A stretch of DNA of 64,000 nucleotides from Phycisphaerales bacterium. Its GTDB lineage: Bacteria > Planctomycetota > Phycisphaerae > Phycisphaerales > UBA1924. Shown here one piece after another: positions 36,835-46,984 of the stretch. The position numbers and the translations under genes are program-made. The stretch lies in assembly GCA_016699835.1 (NCBI GenBank), contig CP064987.1:1776876-1840875 (forward strand), given 5' to 3'. The notes under the pieces were generated by a model. It had not been told where the DNA came from. It searched no databases and worked only from the letters and a program-made list of their open reading frames with translations. How positions within the stretch are numbered: position 1 is the stretch's first letter; the number at the start of each line of letters is the position of its first letter.

Positions 36835-38535
36835 ATGATGTACACGTCCACTCGTTGCGTCGCACGATCACTCATCGCCATCGCCGCCACACTCGCGCTC
36901 GCCTCGGCCGCCAGCGCCCAGACCTTCACCAACAACACCGCAATCACCATCCCCGCCGGCGCCCCGGGCACAACCAACGGCCCCGCCAGCGTCTACCCCA
37001 GCATCATCAACGTCGCCGGCGTCCCCAACATCGACTACATCGAGGTCCGACTCCTCGGCCTCACCCACACCTACGTCGGCGACCTCGACATCCTCATTGT
37101 CGCGCCAGGAGGGCAAGCCATTCTCTTGGCCTCGGACCAAGGAAACAACGTCCCGCTTACCGCCCAGGACGTCATCTTCACGTTCGATGCGCCGACCTTC
37201 TTCCCCACCCCAGATCCAACAGGTGTCCCCGGATACGTCTTCCGGCCCGTCGGCGGCAGCCAAACCGACCCATTCACCGCACCGGCCCCCGCAGGACCTT
37301 ACACCGGCACCCTCAACGCCCTCAACGGCTCCGCCGGCAACGGCACCTGGGCCCTCTACATCATGGACGACGCCGCCGCCGACGTGGGAGCACTCGCCGG
37401 TGGCTGGCAGATCTCCTTCAACGGCTCGCGCGTCGACCAGCCTCGGCCCGAGGTCATGACCTACCAGGGACGTCTCGATTTCAACGGCACCCCCGCCAAC
37501 GGCAACTTCGACATCCAGTACAACCTCTGGACGCACCCCACAAGCACGCTCGACGACGACCTCGTCTCGGGAACGCCCACCGTTTCCAACGTCCCCGTCG
37601 CCAACGGCCTTTTCTCCATACAACTCGACGGCCTCGCCACCGAACTCTTCGACCGCGAACTCTGGCTCGAAATCCGCGCCCGACAATCCGGCGGCGGCGC
37701 CTTCACGCCCCTCGCCGGACGACAGAAACTCACCGCCTCGCCCTTCGCCATCTCCTCCGCCAACGCCTTCAACGCCGCTCACGTCCCCTTCACCGGCATC
37801 ACCGCAAACCCCATCTCCCTCGATGCCTCCGGCGACCTCATCACCACCAACCGACTCGCCGTCGGCGGCAACGGCGCCGATCTCCTCAACGGCAACACCC
37901 ACTTCCAGGTCAATGGCGCCGCAGCTGCCAACGGCTACGGCGGAATGTACCTCAACACCTCCGACGCCGGATCCTGGCCGTTCTATGGCTACGCCACCAA
38001 CAACGCCATCCAGATGTGGACTTACTACAACGGTACCGAGGATGATTGGCGAGTCTGGCACGGCGCCGACCGCCTCTTCCTCGAGTCCAACGGCTATCTC
38101 GGCATCGGCGTCAACAACCCCGCAAACCGACTCGAACTCCCCAACCTGGCCTCCGCCGACGGCCGCGCCCGCGCCAACGCCTGGCTCACCTACTCCTCCG
38201 AAAAGTTCAAAACCAACATCACCCCCATCGCCAGCGCCCTCGAACGACTCGAACGACTCCAGGGCGTCACCTTCGACTGGAAGCCCGAGCACGGCGGCCA
38301 GCACGACATCGGATTCATCGCCCAGCGCGTCGCCGAGGTCCTCCCCGAGGTCGTCGCCTTCGAGAACGGCGAACCAAGCGCCGTCGACTACTCCCGCATC
38401 ACCGCGCTTGCCGTCGAGGCCGTCAAGGAACTCAAGGCCAAGCAGGACGCCAAGGTCGACTCACTCGTAAAGGAAAACGCCGACCTCAAGGCCCGCCTCG
38501 AACGAATCGAGGCCCTCCTCAAAGACCGCGAGTAA
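36835..38535 (+). CDS. Secreted protein combining a proprotein-convertase P-domain with a tail-fibre-like C-terminal intramolecular chaperone (peptidase S74-like) domain
   Basis: A signal peptide is present. The P-domain-like part reads THTYVGDLDILIVAPGG...GNGTWALYIMDDAAADVGALAGGWQISF. The C-terminal part reads YSSEKFKTNI..L.GVTFDWK...DIGFIAQRVAEVLPEVV, followed by a coiled coil. Confidence 0.75.
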   Translation: MMYTSTRCVARSLIAIAATLALASAASAQTFTNNTAITIPAGAPGTTNGPASVYPSIINVAGVPNIDYIEVRLLGLTHTYVGDLDILIVAPGGQAILLASDQGNNVPLTAQDVIFTFDAPTFFPTPDPTGVPGYVFRPVGGSQTDPFTAPAPAGPYTGTLNALNGSAGNGTWALYIMDDAAADVGALAGGWQISFNGSRVDQPRPEVMTYQGRLDFNGTPANGNFDIQYNLWTHPTSTLDDDLVSGTPTVSNVPVANGLFSIQLDGLATELFDRELWLEIRARQSGGGAFTPLAGRQKLTASPFAISSANAFNAAHVPFTGITANPISLDASGDLITTNRLAVGGNGADLLNGNTHFQVNGAAAANGYGGMYLNTSDAGSWPFYGYATNNAIQMWTYYNGTEDDWRVWHGADRLFLESNGYLGIGVNNPANRLELPNLASADGRARANAWLTYSSEKFKTNITPIASALERLERLQGVTFDWKPEHGGQHDIGFIAQRVAEVLPEVVAFENGEPSAVDYSRITALAVEAVKELKAKQDAKVDSLVKENADLKARLERIEALLKDRE

Positions 38536-38560
38536 TCACACCACCATCCCAATACCCACA

Positions 38561-38586
38561 AACCCGCCAAAACCAGGCGGGTTTTT
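38561..38586 (+). terminator. Rho-independent terminator (AACCCGCC-AAAACCA-GGCGGGTT-TTT)
   Basis: An 8-bp stem and T-run lie 26 nt after the stop at 38535. Confidence 0.75.
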
Positions 38587-38602
38587 CATTGACGGTTTCG
38601 TC

Positions 38603-38631
38603 CTTGGTGACCCGCCTCTCCAGAGGCGGGT
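38603..38631 (+). repeat. Family B palindromic element (CTTGGTGA-CCCGCCTCT-CC-AGAGGCGGG)
   Basis: It is nearly identical to the copy at 344-372. Confidence 0.8.
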
Positions 38632-38641
38632 TCCAGCCCCA

Positions 38642-41600
38642 TCACTCCCCACCCCCGCCCCGCCGCCCCCACGCCCTCTTCCCGCCCTTCTCCGGCGTCT
38701 CCTTCGTCATCCCGATCACTTTCACCGTCGACTCCCCCAACTCCCCCTGGATCTCGCGCACCAACTCATCCGACAGCGCCACGCGCCACGTCGGGTCGCA
38801 CTGCAGAAGCGCAAAGTGGTCCTCCGTCGCCACCACCAACTCCACATGGAACAGCGACTGCCCCTCGCCCAACTCCTTCCCCTTCCCGTTTGTTCCGGCC
38901 ACGCTCGGCTCCGGTCCCTTCAGCATCGACGCCACCCGTTGCAACGCCAGACCCGCCGAACCATTCAGCCGTCGCTCGTCAACCACCACACGCACCCGCC
39001 CCGCATCGAACGGCACGCCATCGATCGGCACTACCCGCTCCACGATCACCTGTGGATCGCCCCGCGACAAGTCCACCCGCCCCGCCACGAACACCACCGC
39101 CTCCGGCTGTGCCAGATGCCCAAACCGCGCGAACTGGTCCGTGAACATCACCGCGTCCATCGACCCGCCCAGGTCCTCGATCGTCAGAATCGCCATCCGC
39201 TGCCCCGCGCTCCGCCCGTTGCGCACCACGATCGGCCGAACGCTCTGCACCATCGCCGCGATCACCACCCGCGCGTCCTGCGCCTTCTCCTTCACGCTCA
39301 CCACCGTCGCGTCCGCGAACGCCGACGACCACGCCTTCCACCGCTCCAGCGGATGGCTCGACACATAAAAACCCAGGCTCTCCTTCTCGAACGCCAGCGT
39401 CTCCGTCTCGCCCCACGCCGGGACATGCGGCAGCGACACACTTGGCGCCGCCTCAGGCGCGGCCGCCGGCCCCTCGCCGCCCCCACCAAACAAGTTCCCC
39501 TGCCCCGCCGCCTTGTCCGCCGCCGCCTGGCTCGCCGCAGACATCGCCTGCTCGATCCCCGCCGCCATCGCCGCCCGCGACTCGCGCCCGTGCAAGGTGT
39601 CGAACGCCCCGCACTTGATCAGCGAGTCCAGCGTCGACTTCGTCACCGTTCCCGCCGGCGAGCGCTCGCAGAACTCGAACATCGATCGGAACGCGCCGCT
39701 CTTCTCCCGCTCCTCGATGATCGCCCTGATCGCCTTCTCGCCCACACCCTTGATCGCCTGCAACCCGAACCGCACATGCCCCCGGTGCGCCCGCAGCGCC
39801 TGCGCCGATCCATCATCCACCACCACCGCGAACGCCGCCTGCGACAACCCGATATCCGGCGGCCTCACCTCAACACCCACCCGCACCACCGCGCCAGACT
39901 TCGGATCCACAAACCGCGTCCGTCGGCAGTCGTCCAGATACGGGATCCACTCGCTCACCTTGTTCGCCTGGCTCTCATACGTCAGGAACGCCGCCATGTA
40001 CTGGTTCGGGAAGTACGTCTTCAGATACGCCGTCTGATACGCGACAATCGCGTACCCCGTCGAGTGGCTCTTGTTGAAGCCATACCCCGCGAACTTCAGG
40101 ATCAACTCAAAGAGTTCCTCCGCCTGCGCCCTCGCCAGCCCCTGCTTCTGCGCCCCATCGACAAACTTCGGGCGCTCCTTCTCGATCTTGTCATACTTCT
40201 TTTTGCTGATGTTCTTGATCAGCGTGTACGCATCGCGCAGCCCGATCCCGCCCAGGCCGTGCACGATTTGCATGACCTGCTCCTGGTACACCATCACGCC
40301 ATACGTCTCGCGCGTGAACTCATCCACGATCGCGTGGACCCTGGGCACCTCCGCCTGCCCGTGCTTGCGACGGTTGTAATCCGGAATCAGGTCCATCGGG
40401 CCCGGCCGGAACAGCGCGTTCGCCGCGATCAGATCCTCCAGCCGGTCCGGCTTCATCTCGACGAGCAGCCGGCGCATCCCCCCCGATTCAAACTGGAACA
40501 CCCCCGTCGTGTCCGCCCGCTGGAACAACTCGAAGACGCGCGGGTCGTCATAGTTCAACCGATCCAGATCGAGCGGGTCCGCCCCGCCGTCGCCCGCCTC
40601 GCGACCCACCGCCGCGTACACGTCCCCCTCATCCAGCCCCTCCCGGATCAACCCCTTGCACCGCTCGATCACGCTCAGCGTGCGCAGTCCGAGGAAGTCC
40701 ATCTTCAAGAGGCCCATCTTCTCGCACGTCGGCCCGTCCCACTGCGTGATGATGTCGTTGCCGTCCGAGCCAGGCGGCCGATACAGCGGCACGATCTCAT
40801 GCAAAGGCCGCGTCGCCACGATCACGCCCGCCGCGTGCACCCCCGCGTGCCGCGTGTGCCCCTCCAGGCGGATCGCGTGGTCCATCAGCCGCTGATACCG
40901 CGGGTCGTTGTCGCACGCCCGCTTGAGTTCGGGCTCCTGGTCCAGCGCCTCCTGGATCGAGATGTTGAGTTGCTGCGGGATCAACTTGCACAGCCGATCC
41001 ACCTCGTTCAGCGGGATCGCCAGCACGCGCCCCACATCGCGGATCGCCGCTTTCGCCCCCAGCGTCCCGAACGTGATGATCTGCGCCACGTGCCCATACT
41101 TCTCGCGCACGTAGTTGATCACCTCGCCACGACCGTCCTGGCACAAGTCGATATCGATATCGGGATACTCGCTGCGATCCGGATCCGTGAACCGCTCGAA
41201 CAGCAGCCCATACCGCACCGGGCACGCGTTCGACAGGCCCAGCACATACCCCACCATCGTCCCCACGCCCGATCCACGAGCATTCGCCGGGATCCCGCGC
41301 TGCCGACCCCAGTTCACAAAGTCCCACACGATCAGGAAGTACGCCGAGATGCTCTTGTCCGCGAGAATCTTCAGTTCCCGCTCCAGCCGCGCCCGCTTCT
41401 CCGCCCGTGTCGGGTCCGCCTTCTCGTCCGCCCCATACCGCCACACAAACCCCGCCTCCGCAAGCATCCGCAGCGCCTCGTCACACCGCGCCTTGCTCTC
41501 GTCCAACTGCTTCTTCGTCGGCGTCTCTTTGAACGGCCTCAACTCGAACTTCGAGCAGTACTCCCGATACCACGCCGACAAATCCCCCTCAAACCGAGCC

Positions 41601-42604
41601 TCCGACGCCTTGGGCAGCGTCCTCGCGCCCGGCACCTCAATCTCCACCGCCGGCGCGTTGTTCTCCCCCAAAGGCAGCGTCACCTCGCAACGCGACGCGA
41701 TCGACGCCGCATTGTCCAGCGCCTCACGCCCCGCCTCCCCATACTCCGCGAACAGCCCCTCCATCTGCTCCGGGCTTTTCACGTACAACTCAGGCGTGTA
41801 CCGCATCCGGTCCGGGTCGTCCTTCCCCCGTGCCGTCGAGATGCAGATCAGCGTGTCGTGCGAATCATGGTCCTCGGCCTTGAGAAAGTGCGCGTCATTG
41901 TCGCACACCAGGGGCAACTCGAGTTCCCGCGCCAGCCGGATCAGATGCGGATTGATCGCGTTCTGCTCCGGCACATGGTGCTGCATCTCCACAAAGAACC
42001 GAGGCCCCGTCCCCGAATCCGAGAACACCCGCGCGTGCCACCGCGCGCTCTCCACCGCCGCCTCCCAGTACTTCGCGTCCTGCGACCTGTGAAAATCCAG
42101 CAGGTGATCGCCGATCTCACTCCCCAGGTGCCCGTTGATCGCGATCAGCCCCTCGCCATGCGCCTCGAGCAACTCCCGATCGATCCGAGGCTTGTAGTAA
42201 AACCCCGTCAGATACGCCTCGCTGCAAAGCACAAGCAGGTTCCGCCACCCGACGTTGTTCTCCGCCAAAAGCACCAGGTGATACCCACCCTCGCCGCCCC
42301 CCGAATACGTCCGATCCGTCCGCGGCTTGCCCGGCGGCGTCACATACGCCTCCACCCCAAGCACCGGCCGGATCCCCTTCTCCTTACACGCCGTGTAAAA
42401 CGCCGCCGTCCCAAACAGATTCCCATGGTCGGTGATGGCGCACGAGTCCATCCCCAACTCCTTGATCCGCGCCACCAACTTCTCAACCTGATTGCCGCCA
42501 TCCAGCAGCGAGTACTCGGTGTGCAAATGCAGATGCGCAAAGGCACCCCGTCTCGCCGGGGCGGGCTTCTCCGCCGAACTCGACTTCACGCCCTCCCTGG
42601 CCAT
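38642..42604 (-). CDS. dnaE: DNA polymerase III subunit alpha
   Basis: The PHP domain begins FAHLHLHTEYSLLDG. The polymerase core and OB-fold follow. The product is 1320 aa with a long C-terminal region. Confidence 0.95.
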   Translation of the reverse strand: MAREGVKSSSAEKPAPARRGAFAHLHLHTEYSLLDGGNQVEKLVARIKELGMDSCAITDHGNLFGTAAFYTACKEKGIRPVLGVEAYVTPPGKPRTDRTYSGGGEGGYHLVLLAENNVGWRNLLVLCSEAYLTGFYYKPRIDRELLEAHGEGLIAINGHLGSEIGDHLLDFHRSQDAKYWEAAVESARWHARVFSDSGTGPRFFVEMQHHVPEQNAINPHLIRLARELELPLVCDNDAHFLKAEDHDSHDTLICISTARGKDDPDRMRYTPELYVKSPEQMEGLFAEYGEAGREALDNAASIASRCEVTLPLGENNAPAVEIEVPGARTLPKASEARFEGDLSAWYREYCSKFELRPFKETPTKKQLDESKARCDEALRMLAEAGFVWRYGADEKADPTRAEKRARLERELKILADKSISAYFLIVWDFVNWGRQRGIPANARGSGVGTMVGYVLGLSNACPVRYGLLFERFTDPDRSEYPDIDIDLCQDGRGEVINYVREKYGHVAQIITFGTLGAKAAIRDVGRVLAIPLNEVDRLCKLIPQQLNISIQEALDQEPELKRACDNDPRYQRLMDHAIRLEGHTRHAGVHAAGVIVATRPLHEIVPLYRPPGSDGNDIITQWDGPTCEKMGLLKMDFLGLRTLSVIERCKGLIREGLDEGDVYAAVGREAGDGGADPLDLDRLNYDDPRVFELFQRADTTGVFQFESGGMRRLLVEMKPDRLEDLIAANALFRPGPMDLIPDYNRRKHGQAEVPRVHAIVDEFTRETYGVMVYQEQVMQIVHGLGGIGLRDAYTLIKNISKKKYDKIEKERPKFVDGAQKQGLARAQAEELFELILKFAGYGFNKSHSTGYAIVAYQTAYLKTYFPNQYMAAFLTYESQANKVSEWIPYLDDCRRTRFVDPKSGAVVRVGVEVRPPDIGLSQAAFAVVVDDGSAQALRAHRGHVRFGLQAIKGVGEKAIRAIIEEREKSGAFRSMFEFCERSPAGTVTKSTLDSLIKCGAFDTLHGRESRAAMAAGIEQAMSAASQAAADKAAGQGNLFGGGGEGPAAAPEAAPSVSLPHVPAWGETETLAFEKESLGFYVSSHPLERWKAWSSAFADATVVSVKEKAQDARVVIAAMVQSVRPIVVRNGRSAGQRMAILTIEDLGGSMDAVMFTDQFARFGHLAQPEAVVFVAGRVDLSRGDPQVIVERVVPIDGVPFDAGRVRVVVDERRLNGSAGLALQRVASMLKGPEPSVAGTNGKGKELGEGQSLFHVELVVATEDHFALLQCDPTWRVALSDELVREIQGELGESTVKVIGMTKETPEKGGKRAWGRRGGGGE

Positions 42605-42614
42605 TCGCGCACAC

Positions 42615-42660
42615 TCCTACCCAAGCTCGTGGGGCAGGCGGCCCGCCCGCCTCTACCACT
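42615..42660 (+). repeat. Family A palindromic element
   Basis: TCCTACCCAAGCTCGTGGGGCAGGCGGCCCGCCCGCCTCTACCACTT begins 11 nt from the dnaE start. Read on the minus strand, it places AGGAG 9 nt before the ATG. Confidence 0.8.
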
Positions 42661-42770
42661 TCGACCTCTCTCGCAGCATATCCGCCACACGATCCAACAA
42701 CCGCTCTCGCCACGCCCAATAGCCCCTCCCACCGCCGCAATGCCCCTCTCCACTTTCCGAATACCATGCG

Positions 42771-43067
42771 ATGATGGACCCGACCCCCACGGGCACTCCC
42801 CCGCACACGCCCCAGGACCCAACCCAGGCCCCGGGCCACTTCCCCAGAACCCAATCCCTCGCCGCCCTCCTCGTCTACCTCGCCCTCATCGTCCTCGTCG
42901 TCGCCGTCGTCATCGTCTTCATCCCCATCTTCCTCATCGCCGCCATCATCTTCGGCGTCCTCTCCGCCACACTGACCATCCTCGCCTGGTTCAAACGCCA
43001 GAAACGACCCAACGGCATCCTCGACGGCCGAAAAAACGTCCGAGTCCGCGGCCCCAACGAGCCATGA
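42771..43067 (+). CDS. Small two-TM membrane protein (hypothetical)
   Basis: A Pro/Thr-rich N-terminus is followed by LAALLVYLALIVLVVAVVIVFIPIFLIAAIIFGVLSATLTILAW. Confidence 0.45.
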   Translation: MMDPTPTGTPPHTPQDPTQAPGHFPRTQSLAALLVYLALIVLVVAVVIVFIPIFLIAAIIFGVLSATLTILAWFKRQKRPNGILDGRKNVRVRGPNEP

Positions 43068-43085
43068 TGCACACAGACACAACGA

Positions 43086-44240
43086 CTACTCCGCCGCGGC
43101 GCTCTTCTCGATGAACACCGTCTGCGTCGGATACGCAAACTCCACCTTCATTTCCTCAAACCGCGCCGCCAGATCCAGGTTGATCCCCTGCTGGATGTCC
43201 ATGTACTGGTTGTACTCCGCCGACAGCACCCAGTACACATACTCAAAGTCCAAGGAAAAGTTGCCGAAACTCTTGAAGTGCGCCCGATCAAACCGCACGC
43301 TCTTCTGCTTCTCGATGATCGCCTTGATCTCCCCAGGCAGCGCCCGCAGCGTCGCCACCGGCGTCTGATACGTCACCCCGATCGTCACCACGATCCGCCG
43401 CTCCTGCATCCGCTTGAAGTTGCGAATGCGGCTCGCGAGCAAATCCGTGTTCCGGAACACCAACTGCTCGCCCCACAAACTCCGCACCCGAGTGCTCTTG
43501 AGCCCGATGTGCTCCACCGTCCCCGCGCTCTCGCCGACGATGATGAAATCGCCCACCACAAACGGCTTGTCCAGCACGATCGACAGCGACGAGAACAGAT
43601 CCCCCAGGATGTTCTGCACCGCCAACGCAATCGCGATCCCGCCGATCCCCAGCCCCGCCACCAGCGCCGTCACGTCGATCCCAAGATTCTGCAGCGCGAG
43701 CAGCACCGCGATCGCAAGGATCACCAGACGCCCGATGAACGTCACCGCCGGCACCGCCGTCCGCAACGACGCGTCGTCCTGACCCGACTCGGCCCGACGC
43801 TTCTTCAGATACGCCTCGAGCGCGAACTCCATCGCCGCCATCGCCCAGATCGCGCCCTGGATCGCCACCGCCACCGTCACCACGCCGCGGAGAAACTCCT
43901 TCCCCCGCTCGGGAATCGTCAGAAACTGCGAGCCCGCCCACAACGCGACGGCAAACACCACAAGAAAACTCGTCTTCGCCACCACCGCACCCAGCAGCGC
44001 GAACACGCCAACCTTGTGCGTCGTCCCGAACGATCTCGCACGCCCCACCACAAACTTCCGCACGATCGACAGTACGATGAACACGCCGATCGCCGTCGCC
44101 GCCCCAAGCCCCCAGTTCTGCACCGACGTCCCCAGCCACGTCGAGTCCAAAACCCCCTGCATATTCGTCCAGTCCACCGCGCCCAGCGAAACACCAATCG
44201 ACGACATCAATCCACAAGCGTGAACGAGACCCATGCGCAT
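43086..44240 (-). CDS. Mechanosensitive ion channel family protein (MscS-like)
   Basis: Translation ...NILGDLFSSLSIVLDKPFVVGDFIIVGESAGTVEHIGLKSTRVRSLWGEQLVFRN. Several N-terminal TM helices are present. Confidence 0.85.
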   Translation of the reverse strand: MRMGLVHACGLMSSIGVSLGAVDWTNMQGVLDSTWLGTSVQNWGLGAATAIGVFIVLSIVRKFVVGRARSFGTTHKVGVFALLGAVVAKTSFLVVFAVALWAGSQFLTIPERGKEFLRGVVTVAVAIQGAIWAMAAMEFALEAYLKKRRAESGQDDASLRTAVPAVTFIGRLVILAIAVLLALQNLGIDVTALVAGLGIGGIAIALAVQNILGDLFSSLSIVLDKPFVVGDFIIVGESAGTVEHIGLKSTRVRSLWGEQLVFRNTDLLASRIRNFKRMQERRIVVTIGVTYQTPVATLRALPGEIKAIIEKQKSVRFDRAHFKSFGNFSLDFEYVYWVLSAEYNQYMDIQQGINLDLAARFEEMKVEFAYPTQTVFIEKSAAAE

Positions 44241-44315
44241 CCCTTCAACATGTGTTCAATCTCAAGTGATCCGTGCACTCTAGACGCCCACGCCACGCGC
44301 GTCGATCATGCCACG

Positions 44316-45302
44316 TTACCCACCCTCGTGCCCACCCCGAACAAATCCGCGCCATCCACCAACCAATCCGCGCGTCACCTCACCCACCACCCCCCCGCCA
44401 ATCCGCTCACGCTCCACGCCAACCACAGGCAGCACGCCCCAACTGCTGTTCGTCAAAAACACCTCATCGCTCGACAGCACATCATCAATCGACAGCATCC
44501 GTCGCTCGAGGGTCATCCCCATCGTCTCCGCCTGTTGAATCACCCACTCCCGCGTGATCCCAGGCAAGACCGGACTCGGCAACACCGCCCCACTGCCACC
44601 CGCCTGCCGTGCTCCATCGCCGAACCCTTCTTCCCCACGCGCAATCGGCGTGAGCAGCACGCCATCCCTCACACAGAACACGTTGCTCACGCACCCGCCG
44701 CTCAGGTGATTCGTCACCTGAAACACCAGCGCCTCTCCCGCGCCGCTCGCCGCCGCCCGCTGCAACTCGCGCAGACGCGACCAATACGACAGCGTCTTGT
44801 GCCCCGCCATCGCGTCCAGCGGATTCACCCGCCAGTCCGCCAGCACCACCGACACCCCGCGCTCGAACATCGCCTCGGGATACACCGTCGCCGGCGTCGC
44901 CGCGATCAACACCGTCGGCTGATGCTCACGCCCCACACCCTCCCCACGCTCGAGCAGGTTCAGATCACCCCCCGTGATCGTCAAACGCACGCGCCACGCC
45001 GAAACTCCATCGGAACTCCCACCCGAATCACCTCTCGAATCATCAACCGCGCGCTCCAACGTCCGCCGAACCGCCTCCACCAACGCCTCCACCTTCAGTG
45101 TCGTCGAAAGCCCCAACTCCCGCGCCGAGAACGCCAGCCGCTCCACGTGCTCACGCACCAATATCCCGCGCACCCCCGCGCCATCCCTCACCCCCAGCAT
45201 CGTCTCGAACAACCCCACCCCATGCTGCAACCCGGCATCAAACGCCGACACCCGCGCATCATCCCGCGACACAAACTCGCCATCCAGAAACACACTCGAC
45301 AC
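44316..45302 (-). CDS. Class IV (fold-type IV) aminotransferase / aminodeoxychorismate lyase-like
   Basis: Translation FLDGEFVSRDDARVSAFDAGLQHGVGLFETM...GHKTLSYW...LPGITREWV. The GTG start at 45302 is tentative, with GGAG 7 nt upstream inside the family A element. Confidence 0.75.
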   Translation of the reverse strand: MSSVFLDGEFVSRDDARVSAFDAGLQHGVGLFETMLGVRDGAGVRGILVREHVERLAFSARELGLSTTLKVEALVEAVRRTLERAVDDSRGDSGGSSDGVSAWRVRLTITGGDLNLLERGEGVGREHQPTVLIAATPATVYPEAMFERGVSVVLADWRVNPLDAMAGHKTLSYWSRLRELQRAAASGAGEALVFQVTNHLSGGCVSNVFCVRDGVLLTPIARGEEGFGDGARQAGGSGAVLPSPVLPGITREWVIQQAETMGMTLERRMLSIDDVLSSDEVFLTNSSWGVLPVVGVERERIGGGVVGEVTRGLVGGWRGFVRGGHEGG

Positions 45303-45311
45303 GCACGTTCT

Positions 45312-45371
45312 CCCTACCCAATCTCGTGGCACAGGGAGGGGGGCGTCTTGCCTGTGTCCTATTTCGTCTAC
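45312..45371 (+). repeat. Family A palindromic element, divergent variant with an enlarged loop
   Basis: The sequence is CCCTACCCAATCTCGTGGCACAGG...CCTGTGTCCTATTTCGTCTAC. Confidence 0.65.
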
Positions 45372-45471
45372 ATCGCCTCAAGGCTCGGCGAGTGGACATC
45401 TCACCAGTGCACAGCATCATCAACAACACATGGAGCCCGACCGCCAGAGAGGGCCCGCACACCCCCACACC

Positions 45472-46872
45472 TCAATGCCCGGCCTCACCACCAGGCGCAC
45501 CCGCCGCCTTCTTCGACCCCATCAGCACGATCGCGCCGCCCACCACACACGCCACCGTCGACGCCACCAGGATCCCCAGTTTCGCCGTCGCCAGGTGCGC
45601 CTCATCCTTGAACGCCAGATGCGCAATGAACAGCGCCATCGTGAATCCAATCCCGCCCAGCCACGCCGCCCCGTGCAACTGCACCCAGTTCACGCCTCGC
45701 GGCAGCGCCCCAAGCCCCACCTTCACCGCAAACAGAGACGCCAGCGTGATCCCAATCGGCTTCCCGATCGCCAACCCCAGAATCACGCCCAACCCTTCCC
45801 GGCTGCCCAGACTCCCGATCGATCCCGTGTCCACATGCACGCCCGCGTTCGCGAGCGCGAAGATCGGCACAATCAGGAACGCCACCCACCCCACCAGCCC
45901 ATGCTCCAACTGGTGCAGCGGCGTCTGCACCTTGTCGCACGCATCCTCCACCGCCTGCACCAGCGCCTGCTGCTTCGCGCTCGAGATGATCGTCTTCCCG
46001 GGCTCCAGCGTGCCCCCGGCGTCCTCACGGAACGCCGCGATCGACTTCTCCGTGAAGTCCACGAACTTCTTCGAGTCCACCCGCGTCCGCACCGGGATCA
46101 TCGCCGCCCCGATCACACCCGCGATCGTCGCGTGCACCCCCGACATCAGCACCATGTACCACAGCACCAGGCCCACCACAAAGAACGCGATCGCCTTGCG
46201 AACACCCAGCAGGTTCATCGCCAGCATCACGCCCGCGCACACCCCCGCACCCATCAGGTAGTCCGTCCGCAGGTCGTCCGTATAGAACACCGCGATCACC
46301 ACCAGCGCGCCAAGATCGTCCGCGATCGCCAGCGTCGCCATGAACAGCCGCAGACCCATCGGCACCCGCTTCCCAAGAAGCGCGAGCACCCCCAGCGCGA
46401 ACGCGATGTCCGTCGCCATCGGCACGCCCCACCCGTGGATCGTGTCGTGCCCCCAGTTCAGCGCCGCATAGATCCCGCCAGGCACCACCATCCCGCCCAC
46501 CGCCGCAAACATCGGCAGCGCCGCCTTCTTGAACGACGACAACTCCCCGATCGCCATCTCCCGCTTGATCTCAAGACCGACGAGGAAAAAGAAAATCGCC
46601 ATCACCGCGTCGTTGATCCACCACTCGAGCGAGCCTTTCAGCCCGATCTTCCCCCCAAGGTCCAGAGACACCTCCGTCTCCGCCCAGAAATGGTGCCACG
46701 CCTCGCCAATCCCGGAGTTCGCCGCAACCAGCGCCGCCACAAGGCACACCAGCAGGATGATCCCGCCCCCAGCCTCCATCCGCATGAACGAGTTGAATGG
46801 CCCAACTAGCCGATCCACCGGCGCCGGCGGAATCTCATCCCGAAGCCGCGGCACTCGCGCCCCATGAGCCAT
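45472..46872 (-). CDS. nhaA: Na+/H+ antiporter NhaA
   Basis: FFFLVGLEIKREM and LAIADDLGA are present, with about 11-12 TM segments. I trimmed the start to Met62, which has AGGAG upstream. Confidence 0.9.
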   Translation of the reverse strand: MAHGARVPRLRDEIPPAPVDRLVGPFNSFMRMEAGGGIILLVCLVAALVAANSGIGEAWHHFWAETEVSLDLGGKIGLKGSLEWWINDAVMAIFFFLVGLEIKREMAIGELSSFKKAALPMFAAVGGMVVPGGIYAALNWGHDTIHGWGVPMATDIAFALGVLALLGKRVPMGLRLFMATLAIADDLGALVVIAVFYTDDLRTDYLMGAGVCAGVMLAMNLLGVRKAIAFFVVGLVLWYMVLMSGVHATIAGVIGAAMIPVRTRVDSKKFVDFTEKSIAAFREDAGGTLEPGKTIISSAKQQALVQAVEDACDKVQTPLHQLEHGLVGWVAFLIVPIFALANAGVHVDTGSIGSLGSREGLGVILGLAIGKPIGITLASLFAVKVGLGALPRGVNWVQLHGAAWLGGIGFTMALFIAHLAFKDEAHLATAKLGILVASTVACVVGGAIVLMGSKKAAGAPGGEAGH

Positions 46873-46901
46873 CCAAAGACTCCTCTCCAGGTGGACAACA
46901 T

Positions 46902-46930
46902 CCAAGGTGGCACCGCTCTCCAGAGCGGTG
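46902..46930 (+). repeat. Family B palindromic element (CCAAGGTGG-CACCGCTCT-CC-AGAGCGGTG)
   Basis: Perfect 9-bp stem. It lies 30 nt upstream of the nhaA start. Confidence 0.8.
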
Positions 46931-46984
46931 TTCTCTAAACACAGCCCCACCGTAAGGGACGGCCTCCCCCACTTCAACCCACCC

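Noticed and set aside
36835-38535. Prophage, suggested by the tail-fibre-type domain
   Set aside because: There are no capsid, terminase, integrase or other phage-like genes on either side. The neighbours are dnaE and a secreted hypothetical protein.
38816-43114. 1432-aa stop-free ORF on the + strand, antisense to dnaE
   Set aside because: Its composition is Arg/Pro/His/Leu-rich with no recognisable motif, and it is fully antisense to a clearly real dnaE. This is the expected shadow of high GC content combined with strong strand bias.
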